A program made the position numbers and the translations under genes. A stretch of DNA of 64,000 nt from a virus: IMG/VR virus record IMGVR_UViG_3300033485_000001, positions 32,001 to 96,000 of that record. One strand, written 5' to 3'. The notes beneath the pieces are model-generated. The model saw only the letters and a program-made list of their open reading frames with translations, was not told the origin of the DNA and did not search any database. Positions 31,182 to 40,658 of the stretch are shown here, in pieces. The number at the start of each line of letters is the position of its first letter. Positions within the stretch are counted from its first letter, which is position 1.

Positions 31182-33539
31182 ATGAAGAAAGAAGCCGTAG
31201 GCGTGAGGACCGGGGGGTTCATGCAGACGAGGAGGGGGACACGTCCGCTCCACGTCGAGACCCTGCTCCGACGGCAGAGCCCAGGTTCGGCTGCGAACGT
31301 CTTCGAGCCCGTCAAGCCCACGGTGACGGACAAGACCTTCGAGCAGTCGCTGGCGGCCACCGCCGGGGACGAGTTCCAGCCCGAGCAGGAGAAGGATGCA
31401 GAGCTACGCCGCGACACCGTCAACGAGAAGCCGACAGCGGTGTCGCCGGCGCTCGTCGAGTCGGCGAAGAAGAGGCTGGTCGGAGAGCAGAACGGGAAGA
31501 AGGTCTTCCTCGTTGATGGTGGGGTCATCCGCGACAAGATCGACACGGACTTCGCCTTGGGTGGCAACTCGGCTCGGTACAGCTACGTCCCCGAGGGTGA
31601 GGTGTGGGTCGAAGACACCGGGAACAAGAAGGACATCGCGAACACGGTCGTCCACGAGGATCGCGAAGAGGGTCTGATGCGCCGTGGTCAGACCTACGAC
31701 AAGGCGCACGAGAAGGCCACCGAGGAGGAAGAGGAGCGGCGCAAGGAAGCCTCGGTCAAGGACATCGTCGCCAAGATAGCCCCCCACACGAACGACGTGG
31801 TCCTCGTGGCCTCGCGGCTGGCTCACGGCAAGCGAAGGCGGAAGGAGTCTGGGGAGGTCAAGAAGTCGTCCTTGATCACAGATCTCGAGAAGGAAAGCTC
31901 GGCGGCTGAATTCGCTCCTGGCATTCCGATCGGCAGGGTGGTAAAGAAGATCCCCTCTGTGAAAGAGAAGGATCCCAATGCCGAATGGACAGCAAGCCTC
32001 TCGCTCCATCCCGCCGCCCGACGCGGAGATCACTTCGATCTGCGGTTGGTGGACCCGAAGGGACAGGCCCACTCCTGGGCCATCAACAAGATGCCCGAGC
32101 CAGGGAGCAGCACTTATGCTGCTCAACAGCCGACCCACTCAGGCTCCTACGCCCGACGAACAGAGCCGTTCACGATCCCCCTCAACGTGTACGGCGGGAC
32201 CCGTCCTGGCGCCAAGGTAGAGCCGAAGTATGTGCAGCCCGTCGAGGTCATCGCAGCGAACGACAAGCACGTCCACTTCCTGCGCCATCAAGGGCAGGAG
32301 ACCGAGGAGCTGGTCCTCCGCCGAATCGCTCGAGCCGGAGACCGGACGCCCATCTGGGCGTTGCACAACTCGACCAGAACTCGATCTACCCAAGAGGGAC
32401 AGCGCCTCCCCGACTCCAAACCCAAGTACCAGGAGATCCCGATCGGGTCCGTGGACCTGACCAACGACCAGCAGCTCATGACCGCCAAGCTCGACGGGGC
32501 GCACACCCTCGTCGACTTCCCGAAGGCGGACCGGATGGTGCGGACGTACTCCTACCGCCCCACCCAACGGCAGAGCGGTGTGATCGAGCACACGTTCAAG
32601 TTCCCCAACTTCCAGAACCTGAAGACCCCGCAGTCGCTGAAGGGCACGCTCATCCGAGCTGAGACTTGGGCCTCGGATCCGTCCGGGAAGGCCATCCCAG
32701 CATCCGAGCTCGGCGGCATCCTCAACTCGAGCGTGGTCAAGGCGCGTCAGGCGCAGGAGCAGGGGATCACGCTGCGCAGGACCGGCATCGACGTGGTCAG
32801 GTACAAGGGCAAGGACATCTCGAACGCGCCCTACGCCGAGAAGCTGGAGGTCCTCAAGGAGGTCCACAAGGCAACCGGAGGAGCCATCGAGCTCCCGCTG
32901 GCCGCCAGGACCGCCGAAGAGAAGGCCGTGCTCATGAACGCCGTGAAGGCCGGGAAGCTGCCGGAGACGAGAGAGGGCGTGGTCCTACACGACCTGACCA
33001 GCAGCCAGCTGATGAAGGCCAAGGTTCGTCCCGACACGGACGTCTACGTCCGAGAGATCGTCACGAAGCCGTTGACGGAGGCCAAGGGTCAGGCGGCGGG
33101 CTTCAGGTACTCCCTCGAGCCCACCGGCCCCATCATCGGGCACGTTGGCACTGGGTTCTCGAATCAGCTCCGGAAGGAGATGCTACAGAACCCAGATCAG
33201 TTCGTAGGACGTGTCGCGAAGGTTCAGTCGGCAGGCCAGCACGTCAGCCGTAGCGGACAGTCTGGGGCGCTGATCGGCTCTCCTGCTTTCAAGGAGTGGC
33301 ACATCGACAAGACGCCGCCTGAGCTGATGAAGAGGGCATCCCTGGACCCCGCATTCGTGGGGGCGTACCGCATAGCTGAGGAGGAAGCGGATCCAGAGAA
33401 GATCGTGGGTAGGCTCGCGGAGACACGACAGGGCCGCGCCCTCAAGCCCGTGCTCGAGAGCGCGCCGGTCCGACCGTTCGTGTCGAAGTTGAGATCGGCG
33501 TACCGTCGTCTCATGAGGAACAAGAACAGTGCCGCTTGA
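31182..33539 (+). CDS. Multidomain protein: zincin-like HExxE domain + LigD-type 3'-phosphoesterase + ATP-dependent DNA ligase
   Basis: VFLVDG..IRD...HEDREE...YDKAHE; LH....DHFDLRL...SWA...THSGSY (PE catalytic H,H,D,R,H,Y); KLDG, REGVVL, KAKVRP, VGTGFS; alternative ATG 31173. Confidence 0.85.
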   Translation: MKKEAVGVRTGGFMQTRRGTRPLHVETLLRRQSPGSAANVFEPVKPTVTDKTFEQSLAATAGDEFQPEQEKDAELRRDTVNEKPTAVSPALVESAKKRLVGEQNGKKVFLVDGGVIRDKIDTDFALGGNSARYSYVPEGEVWVEDTGNKKDIANTVVHEDREEGLMRRGQTYDKAHEKATEEEEERRKEASVKDIVAKIAPHTNDVVLVASRLAHGKRRRKESGEVKKSSLITDLEKESSAAEFAPGIPIGRVVKKIPSVKEKDPNAEWTASLSLHPAARRGDHFDLRLVDPKGQAHSWAINKMPEPGSSTYAAQQPTHSGSYARRTEPFTIPLNVYGGTRPGAKVEPKYVQPVEVIAANDKHVHFLRHQGQETEELVLRRIARAGDRTPIWALHNSTRTRSTQEGQRLPDSKPKYQEIPIGSVDLTNDQQLMTAKLDGAHTLVDFPKADRMVRTYSYRPTQRQSGVIEHTFKFPNFQNLKTPQSLKGTLIRAETWASDPSGKAIPASELGGILNSSVVKARQAQEQGITLRRTGIDVVRYKGKDISNAPYAEKLEVLKEVHKATGGAIELPLAARTAEEKAVLMNAVKAGKLPETREGVVLHDLTSSQLMKAKVRPDTDVYVREIVTKPLTEAKGQAAGFRYSLEPTGPIIGHVGTGFSNQLRKEMLQNPDQFVGRVAKVQSAGQHVSRSGQSGALIGSPAFKEWHIDKTPPELMKRASLDPAFVGAYRIAEEEADPEKIVGRLAETRQGRALKPVLESAPVRPFVSKLRSAYRRLMRNKNSAA

Positions 33540-34302
33540 TCACGAGACAGATCCGGTCCTCGACTTCATCGAGTTCGCCGATGAGCTCGACAAGGAGGCT
33601 GCCGCTGGCAGAGCCGAGAAGGACTTCCAGCTCTGGAACCAGTGGCAGCAGAACGGGAAGAAGTCGGAGGACCTCGAGCCCCTCATGAAGCAGATGGAGC
33701 CGCTGATCCGACGCGCGTCGAACGTCTACTCGGGCAAGGTCAACATCCCGAGGACGGCGGTTCATGCCGAGTTCCAGATCCAGGCGATGAACGCCTTCGA
33801 CACGTTCAACCCCAATCGGGGAGCCTCGCTCGGGACACACGTCACGTGGCAGCTCAAGAAGGGTAAGCGGTTCGTCTCCACGTACCAGAACATCGGACGG
33901 ATCCCTGAGACCAGGATCCACAACATCACGACGTTCCAGAACGCGAGAGATGAGCTTCGTGATCAGTTGATGCGAGATCCTTCGGCGCACGAGTTGGCAG
34001 ATCATCTGAAGTGGCCAGTGAATCAGGTCTCGGCGATGGAGCTCGAGCTGCGGCGTGAGGTTCCGACCTCGACGCTCCAGTCGGACATGAGTTCCATCAA
34101 GCCCTCGAGAGAGGCCGAGATCCTTCGGCTGATCCAGTACGACCTCTCCCCCGACGAGAAGGTCGTGTACGAGCACCTGCTGGGCGTGAACGGGAAGCCA
34201 CAGCTCAAGCCAGGTGAGATCGCGATGAGGCTCAACATGTCGCCGTCGAAGGTGTCCAGGATCAAGGACTCCATCGGCGCCAAGGTGAAGAAGTACTACT
34301 GA
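33529..34302 (+). CDS. RNA polymerase sigma factor (sigma70 family, FliA/SigD-like size)
   Basis: Region 2 AFDTFNPNRGASLGTHVTW; region 3 ELADHLKWPVNQV; region 4 HTH KPGEIAMRLNMSPSKVSRIK. Confidence 0.88.
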   Translation: MPLDHETDPVLDFIEFADELDKEAAAGRAEKDFQLWNQWQQNGKKSEDLEPLMKQMEPLIRRASNVYSGKVNIPRTAVHAEFQIQAMNAFDTFNPNRGASLGTHVTWQLKKGKRFVSTYQNIGRIPETRIHNITTFQNARDELRDQLMRDPSAHELADHLKWPVNQVSAMELELRREVPTSTLQSDMSSIKPSREAEILRLIQYDLSPDEKVVYEHLLGVNGKPQLKPGEIAMRLNMSPSKVSRIKDSIGAKVKKYY

Positions 34303-34508
34303 TGACCACACGCAAGGAAAGACTGACCGCGCTTCAGAACGCTGTCGATCGATGGGCCGACGCCGAGGAGCAGAGACTTCAGGATGAGAAGTCGTACCTG
34401 GAGTCGGTCTTCAACGGTCGAACCAACGGCGGCCAGCTGTCGCGGTACATCACGGAGGAGGCGTCGTCCTTGCTCGAGGACGAAGTGAACGCCTTCCTGG
34501 TGGAGTAG
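34302..34508 (+). CDS. Small helical hypothetical protein
   Basis: TGATG coupling to the sigma gene. Confidence 0.7.
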   Translation: MTTRKERLTALQNAVDRWADAEEQRLQDEKSYLESVFNGRTNGGQLSRYITEEASSLLEDEVNAFLVE

Positions 34509-34511
34509 ACC

Positions 34512-34892
34512 ATGCGCGTCAAGCCCACCGAGTTTGAACGAGCCCAGCAGCAAACCCTGATCATGTTGGGCAGGCACGTGCTTCTGGGACTGCGATTCGA
34601 GAACGAGTCGCACGTAGAGCGTCAGGGACTCCGCGAACAACAGCACAGACTGATCGGTCGGGAGCAGGATGCGTGGCTGCTCAAGTTCGCCCTCATCTAC
34701 GGTATTCCGGTGACGAAGATCAAGGACTTCAAGTTCACCAAGGACGGAGAGGTCTTGGTAGGAGATGATCATGAATCCACTGCTCCCGTTTCTCATGAAC
34801 AAGCTGGCAGCGGAGAGCGCGCCGCCTCCGGTGACGAAGGCAGAGCTCAAGACGATCCAGAAAGAGATCGAGCAGAACAAGCCCAAGAGTGA
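34512..34892 (+). CDS. Hypothetical protein
   Basis: GGAG SD; tail overlaps the next gene. Confidence 0.6.
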   Translation: MRVKPTEFERAQQQTLIMLGRHVLLGLRFENESHVERQGLREQQHRLIGREQDAWLLKFALIYGIPVTKIKDFKFTKDGEVLVGDDHESTAPVSHEQAGSGERAASGDEGRAQDDPERDRAEQAQE

Positions 34893-35247
34893 GGCCGAGA
34901 AGAAGATCACTGAGCTTGTAGGGAAGCCTCCCACCAGGGGGCAGCTGCTTCGGTCTGCTGCGGTTGCCAGCGGCGGTGGCGTTGCTACGCAGGTGCTGGG
35001 TCGTGTCATCAGCGGGCCTGGGAGCCACATGGGGAAACCCATGTACCCGTGGATCGGTGAGAAGGGCAAGTGGGTCGCCGAAGCCGGGAAGAAGCGATGG
35101 CTCCCCTCCGACATGAGAACTGGGAAGGCCGTCCTCAGCCCCAGGCAGTTGGCCAGGTCCATCGCGCTCAGCGCGGTGCTGACGGCGGCAGTGCCGGTGG
35201 CCAAGAGGATGTGGGACATCGACGCGGCCAAGAAGGGCAAGTTCTGA
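34765..35247 (+). CDS. Basic amphipathic protein with N-terminal K-x-A motif (putative internal virion protein)
   Basis: FLMNKLAA; Ala/Gly-rich amphipathic helices. Confidence 0.7.
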   Translation: MIMNPLLPFLMNKLAAESAPPPVTKAELKTIQKEIEQNKPKSEAEKKITELVGKPPTRGQLLRSAAVASGGGVATQVLGRVISGPGSHMGKPMYPWIGEKGKWVAEAGKKRWLPSDMRTGKAVLSPRQLARSIALSAVLTAAVPVAKRMWDIDAAKKGKF

Positions 35248-35250
35248 GTC

Positions 35251-35907
35251 ATGGCCGTCGTCCCGCGCAGGAGGGAGAACTTCGCGCTGGGCGCGTGTCT
35301 CGCCACGGACAACGTCGGCGACCTCGTCTACATCAGGGACGTCTTCACTGGGACACGGTACCGCGTTGAGAGGGCGGACCCATCTGACAGCCTGAAGATG
35401 CCGGCCGTAGCAGTGATCGTGAGCAAGCAGACCCCAACTGCCTGCACGATCATGTTCTACGGCATGACGAGTCTCTACTCCGGGCTCACCCCCGGAGAAG
35501 CCTACGTCGTCGGCACGGACGGCCGCCCGGCCAAGCTGGGTGATCCGAACTACCCCGGCTCGGGCTACATCGTCCAGCAGATCGGCGTCGCCACCGACGA
35601 CGACGAGATGCTGGTCCGCCCGATGGACGCCGCTGGGGACAGCGGATCCGTCGGCAACAGGTACTACCAGCAGCCGCTGATCGCCACCGTGGATCCCAAG
35701 ATCTTCAACACCGTCCTGCCGTTCAAGCATGGTGGTGTCGAGACCGAAGTCATCCTGTACAATGGTCAGCGACTGAAGGAAGGTTCAGGTCACGACTACG
35801 TCGCCTCTGCCTCTGGAGGCTTCGGTGGTCGGTATGATACGATTACCTTGGAGTTCACTCCGAGGTTGAACTCGAACTGGTTTATAGATTACGTCCCTGA
35901 TCTGTAG
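35251..35907 (+). CDS. Virion structural protein (capsid-cement/DUF2190-like N-terminus)
   Basis: GDLVYI...ADPSD..MPAVAVI...GLTPGEAYVVGTDG pattern. Confidence 0.55.
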   Translation: MAVVPRRRENFALGACLATDNVGDLVYIRDVFTGTRYRVERADPSDSLKMPAVAVIVSKQTPTACTIMFYGMTSLYSGLTPGEAYVVGTDGRPAKLGDPNYPGSGYIVQQIGVATDDDEMLVRPMDAAGDSGSVGNRYYQQPLIATVDPKIFNTVLPFKHGGVETEVILYNGQRLKEGSGHDYVASASGGFGGRYDTITLEFTPRLNSNWFIDYVPDL

Positions 35908-35933
35908 GGACAAAAGGAACAGGAGATCAGGAT

Positions 35934-37889
35934 ATGGGACGCTCCCTCTTCGATCAGGACACCCAGGTTCACAGCTCACTGGACTACACGGACACCAGAG
36001 CTCCGACCGAGGCCAACTACGAGACCAACGCGACGGACCTGGAGTACGATCTGAACTCGATCAGGTCGATGCTCCACGAGCTCCGTGACGTGCGGACCAC
36101 GAACTGGTGGGCCGCACTCGCCGCACCTGGCACGTTCCCCGGAGAGGGCGCGGCAGCGCGTGGCGTCCAGGACGTCAACGAGGATCTCTACGACATCGAG
36201 AGGAAGCGCATCCTGAAGCGCCGCGCCGTGGTCGGTGCCGACATCGTCGTGCCCAGCGCGCTGAAGGCGACCGGCACCCTCACGACGGACACGAAGGCCA
36301 ACTTCACCGACGCCCAGACCTTCACGCTGAACGACGGGACCCAGGCCGCGACAGTGTTCGAGATCGACACCACGGGCGGCGGCGTTCTCCCCGGCAACAT
36401 CCAGGTCGACATCAGCGGCGACATCACAGCCGATGACGTGCGCGACACCATCATCGCGGCGATCAACGGCGTCGGCGCCGGCCTCCTCATCACGGCCACC
36501 AACGGTGGTGCCGCAACCGTCTCCCTCCAGAACAACAACAACGGCACCAGGGGCAACGTCGCGATCATCCACAACATCACTGCCCCGGCCTGGGCCGCGA
36601 GCGGGATGAGCAACGGCGCGGGCGACCTCGTCATCCTCGGCGCCGGCGAGCTGCCCGGCACCGCCTTCGCTGCCATCGGTGCCTCGACCAAGACCGGCAC
36701 CGTGGTCGCGTACAACTCCACCTTCGGAGTCGCCACGCTGGCCGAGGTCGCCGGCGGTGACGCGCTCACCCCGAAGAACCTCTGCAAGATCGCGGACGCC
36801 GCGACGGGCCAGCCCATCATCGACGGTCTCGGCAACGAGATCCACGCCCTGGCCCAGTACGAGAACAACACGGACGGATCGGCGATCACCATCAACACCC
36901 CGAACAGGATGCAGCTCGTCTTCGTCGTGCACAACCCGGCCAACGACGACCTGGTCTACGTCGATCCGCAGTACATCGGCGGGCAGACCATCGACTACAG
37001 CCCGGTCGAGCGGTACGCCTTCGAGGACATCCCGGAGCACGCCTGGCTCGGTGACGACTTCATCGACGCCGGTGCCGCTGCGACGACTCGTAAGGCGGCC
37101 TACGACAACCAGGGCATCACCCCGGTTGAGCTCGGCACGAACGCCATCCTCGACCTGAACAGCGCCGGGATCTACTGGAGCATCCGCGACCTCGCCAACG
37201 CGGACCTGTTCGTGATCACGGAGGGCAGCGGTGGAGGCAACTCCAAGATCGAGTTCGCTGCCGCCACCGACCTGTTCGACAACAACGCGATCTCGAACCT
37301 CTTCGCCGGCCCGCTGACCGTGGACGACGATGGCACCGACATCGAGATCGGTGTCACGGCGGGGCAGATCAACACGCTCGGCGCGAACAATCTGACCCTG
37401 CTCGGCGCGGGCGAGCTGTTCCTCGACGACGGGAACAGGACCGCGTCGGACTTCTCGGTCCCGCTGAAGCTGACCGAGGACGACCTGGAGTGGGACGCGC
37501 TGGAGACGACCTTCGGCGGCGAGTACTCGCTCGCCAAGATGCTGGTGATGGCCTACTCCAGCCAGACCCTGGACAGGGCGCACGCCAACGTGATCACCGC
37601 CGACATCCCGGCCAACACCGCCATCGACGGTTCGGTCGGAGCGCCCAACATCAGCGCCCAGATGCCGTCCTACAAGGGGCTCGACTTCGAGGAGAAGGTC
37701 CAGGTCTTCATCAACGGCGCGCTCCAGCGGCCCGGTGCCAACGCCGGCACCAACAACGACGTCTACCCCACCGCCGTGGCTGGGGATCAGGCCAAGGGCA
37801 TCTTCTACTCCGAGTTCGTGCTGCGCTACCGTGGCGGCGTGAACCCCGACGTGGTCCAGATGATCGTGTACGGGACGCCGACTCCGTAA
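35934..37889 (+). CDS. Abundant virion structural/fibre protein
   Basis: 651 aa, T/G/A/N/D-rich, strong C/G third-position bias. Confidence 0.7.
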   Translation: MGRSLFDQDTQVHSSLDYTDTRAPTEANYETNATDLEYDLNSIRSMLHELRDVRTTNWWAALAAPGTFPGEGAAARGVQDVNEDLYDIERKRILKRRAVVGADIVVPSALKATGTLTTDTKANFTDAQTFTLNDGTQAATVFEIDTTGGGVLPGNIQVDISGDITADDVRDTIIAAINGVGAGLLITATNGGAATVSLQNNNNGTRGNVAIIHNITAPAWAASGMSNGAGDLVILGAGELPGTAFAAIGASTKTGTVVAYNSTFGVATLAEVAGGDALTPKNLCKIADAATGQPIIDGLGNEIHALAQYENNTDGSAITINTPNRMQLVFVVHNPANDDLVYVDPQYIGGQTIDYSPVERYAFEDIPEHAWLGDDFIDAGAAATTRKAAYDNQGITPVELGTNAILDLNSAGIYWSIRDLANADLFVITEGSGGGNSKIEFAAATDLFDNNAISNLFAGPLTVDDDGTDIEIGVTAGQINTLGANNLTLLGAGELFLDDGNRTASDFSVPLKLTEDDLEWDALETTFGGEYSLAKMLVMAYSSQTLDRAHANVITADIPANTAIDGSVGAPNISAQMPSYKGLDFEEKVQVFINGALQRPGANAGTNNDVYPTAVAGDQAKGIFYSEFVLRYRGGVNPDVVQMIVYGTPTP

Positions 37890-37920
37890 CGTGATACGCT
37901 GAGCCCCCTGGAGGTTGAGG

Positions 37921-38535
37921 ATGAACCTGGAGAAGCTCAAGGTGAAGGCGGTCATGGCCGAGAGCATGGGTCGTGAGCTCGAGAAGGACGTCGAGCGGGC
38001 CAGGACCAAGTTCTTCAAGCTCCAGGGGGCCAACGAAGCTCTCGTCGCAGCCGTCAAGGTGATCACGGATCAGGTCGGATCCACCAAGGACAAGATCATC
38101 GCGGGCGAGCTCAAGATGGAGTCGAACGACGAGATCGGCTTGGCCAAGCTCGTCGTGGCCCAGCTTCAGGGTGTGGTGCGGAAGCTCCACGATATGGCAG
38201 AGCTGGCGCATACCAACTCGATCAGAGCGGACGGTGAGCGGGCCGCGTTCGAGGACTCGGTGAAGCGGCTCAAGAGCATCTTCGACGAGGAAGTGCAGAA
38301 GCTCGAGAACCTGGAGAAGCAGATCCAGGCCGGCACGGTCAAGCTCGTCGATGGCGACCTCATGTTCGTCGGTGACGGTCCGCGTCCTCCTGGGACACAT
38401 CCGGGTCCCACGCTCAAGGCGCAGCGCCAGGCCGAGGAAGCGGCCGAGGCCGAGGCCAAGAAGGGCAACGGGGTGGAGAAGAAGACCCGGCGCCGCAAGG
38501 CCAAGACCGAGGCCAGCGATGACCGGAACACCTGA
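37921..38535 (+). CDS. Coiled-coil hypothetical protein
   Basis: GGAGGTTGAGG SD; heptad-rich. Confidence 0.75.
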   Translation: MNLEKLKVKAVMAESMGRELEKDVERARTKFFKLQGANEALVAAVKVITDQVGSTKDKIIAGELKMESNDEIGLAKLVVAQLQGVVRKLHDMAELAHTNSIRADGERAAFEDSVKRLKSIFDEEVQKLENLEKQIQAGTVKLVDGDLMFVGDGPRPPGTHPGPTLKAQRQAEEAAEAEAKKGNGVEKKTRRRKAKTEASDDRNT

Positions 38536-39187
38536 TGCCCACCACGGCGAACTCCTAGAAGACGAAGGCATAGTCCTAAGCCCTTCGACGGATCCCACTG
38601 TCGAAGGCGAGATCAGATTCTCCTCTGGTGTGCTGAAGGCGAAGGACGGCACCGGCGTCTTCAACCTCCGCACCGGAGGTCCGCACGCACCGACTCATCA
38701 TGAAGATGGATCGGACGAGCTGCTCGCTCAAGACCTGGGGTCTGGGGAAGCTCCAGAGGGGCAACTGCTTCAGACCGATGGCGCGGGCGGTTGGAACCTC
38801 GTCGACTACGTCCCTGGCTACCCCGCCGCGCTGGAGTACTTCAGCGACAACTCGACCTCGACCACGACGTCCAGCACGTTCCAGGTGAAGCTCACCTACA
38901 CCACGGCGAACCTGGCCCTTGGCCACTACCTCGTCTTCGCCCAGGCCGTGCTCTCAGGGTCGGCGAACAACACCGAGACGGAGGGCCAGTTCCTCGTAGG
39001 GGCGGCCGTAGTCCAGACGCTATCGGCCCGTCTCTCTAGGGTGGGCGCCGAGTTCGCCCTGTTCTCGATGTACGTGCTCGATGAGGTGTCGGGTCCGCAG
39101 ACCTTCACGATCCAGTACCGCAAGTCGGGCGGTTCAGGTTCAGCCTCCATTCGTGATGCCCGTGTGATCATGTGGAGGCTGTTCTGA
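38519..39187 (+). CDS. Tail fibre-like protein
   Basis: HAPTHHEDGSDEL fibre motif, GQLLQTDGAGG repeat, C-terminal beta domain; ATG 38519. Confidence 0.65.
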   Translation: MTGTPDAHHGELLEDEGIVLSPSTDPTVEGEIRFSSGVLKAKDGTGVFNLRTGGPHAPTHHEDGSDELLAQDLGSGEAPEGQLLQTDGAGGWNLVDYVPGYPAALEYFSDNSTSTTTSSTFQVKLTYTTANLALGHYLVFAQAVLSGSANNTETEGQFLVGAAVVQTLSARLSRVGAEFALFSMYVLDEVSGPQTFTIQYRKSGGSGSASIRDARVIMWRLF

Positions 39188-40629
39188 TGGCTGACACGAA
39201 GTACACCTACTCCGTCGCCACCGACACGGCACAGGGTGTCGTGGACCTTGGTGCGCTGGAGCACGAGGTTCAGGACAGCTCCATCTCGTCTGCGGCGTAC
39301 CTCTTCGTGTCGAACACGGAGGACGTGCTCGACATCTGGTTCGACGGAGCTCTCTCCGCTGGCGACGAGACCACCCTGGATGGGGTAGTGGCCGCTCATC
39401 TAGGGCTTCCACTCGACATAGCCACGACAGGAGGGATCATCATCGATCCCATCCCAGCCCCATCCGACCTGGCCGTGGTTCCACAGGGTACGACGGGATC
39501 CACGAGCTGGGGCTACAGCGTCACTGCCCATTCCCCCACAGGGGAGACGCTGGAGTGCGAAGAGGTTCTGATCAGCAACGGAGCAGCCACCCTCAACGGC
39601 ACGAACTACAACAGGATCACTTGGAGCAAGGTGACGGGGGCGGTGAAGTACTCCGTGTACCGCACCACCGCTGGTGGAACGCCGTCGTCGGTAGGGAAGA
39701 TCAGGACCACGACGCTGCTCCAGGTCAACGACAAGGGCTTGACCGCCTCCGGGGCTTTGCCCTCGGAGGACAAGTCCGGAGCCCTCGTCCTCGGTGGCGA
39801 GGTAGTGGCGTCGGGCGGGAAGAAGCTCGACATCCGTGAGCTGACCACGGACAACTCCACCGTCACGTCCCTCATCGCAGTCACGAGGCGCTCCAGCGAC
39901 GTGGTGGAGGCCGGCTTCGGAACGGGCCTCTACGTCAGGCTGAACGACGACGAGGACGTGCTGCGTGACGCCGGCGCGATGCACTTTCTCTGGTCCGATC
40001 CGGACTCTGCCTCTCCGGACTGCGACTTCAGGGTCATGCTCCGCGACGGCGGAGGATCGATGGAGGAGCGACTCAAGATCACGAGTGGGGGCCAGCTACA
40101 TCTGGCTGGCGTGACCGTGATCCAGATAGAGACGGCTCGGGCTAGCCTACCCATCGACGCCTGGATGAGAGGTGGCTCCGCTGCGGCAAGCTCGAACAAC
40201 GACGTGCCCAGCGTGACCTTCGCCGCTACGGCGGAGAGTCGGATGCGGTACACGCTCCGCCCCCCGCAGAACTACACCAGTGGTGATCTGACGCTTCGTG
40301 TGCTCTGCTCCTTCGCCGGGACAGCGGGGAACACGGGGGTGCGGTGGCAACTCGACTGGAGCTGCCTCAGCTCTGGGGACGCGATCCCGTCGAGCTACCA
40401 GTACTCCAGCGCGTTCACGCAGAACGAGAACGACAAGAGCAACGACACGCTCTTCGTCACAGACTTCACGATCCCGGCAGCGCAGTTCGACAAGACCAAG
40501 GATATGCTCGTGCTGTGGCTACGACGTGACGGCGATCACACAGATGATACCTGTACGCTCGTCGTCCACATCCACATGTGCGAGTTGCGATACACAGGAA
40601 GAACCATGGCCGGTCAGCCCGGTCAGTGA
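39187..40629 (+). CDS. Tail fibre / structural protein with FN3-like domain
   Basis: ATG 39187; WGYSVTA...GET...RITWSKVTGAVKYSVYR FN3-like. Confidence 0.65.
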   Translation: MADTKYTYSVATDTAQGVVDLGALEHEVQDSSISSAAYLFVSNTEDVLDIWFDGALSAGDETTLDGVVAAHLGLPLDIATTGGIIIDPIPAPSDLAVVPQGTTGSTSWGYSVTAHSPTGETLECEEVLISNGAATLNGTNYNRITWSKVTGAVKYSVYRTTAGGTPSSVGKIRTTTLLQVNDKGLTASGALPSEDKSGALVLGGEVVASGGKKLDIRELTTDNSTVTSLIAVTRRSSDVVEAGFGTGLYVRLNDDEDVLRDAGAMHFLWSDPDSASPDCDFRVMLRDGGGSMEERLKITSGGQLHLAGVTVIQIETARASLPIDAWMRGGSAAASSNNDVPSVTFAATAESRMRYTLRPPQNYTSGDLTLRVLCSFAGTAGNTGVRWQLDWSCLSSGDAIPSSYQYSSAFTQNENDKSNDTLFVTDFTIPAAQFDKTKDMLVLWLRRDGDHTDDTCTLVVHIHMCELRYTGRTMAGQPGQ

Positions 40630-40658
40630 GGTGGTCCGTGGGACCAAGGAGTAGGAAG

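Noticed and set aside
35934-37889. Diversity-generating retroelement (AAC-rich tract, tail fibres nearby)
   Set aside because: AAC richness is explained by Asn codons in a long ORF; no TR/VR pair and no reverse transcriptase in the window.
35976-38066. Long antisense ORFs (for example 35976-38066, 50990-53968, 54927-56495, 26081-27370)
   Set aside because: Shadow frames of high-GC genes with strong third-position bias; R/L/V/G-rich, with no motifs or SD.
21819-40646. TGGTCC-N-GGACCA palindromes at 21820 and 40632 as a shared operator
   Set aside because: Spacers differ (5 versus 3 nt) and the first is explained as a terminator hairpin.
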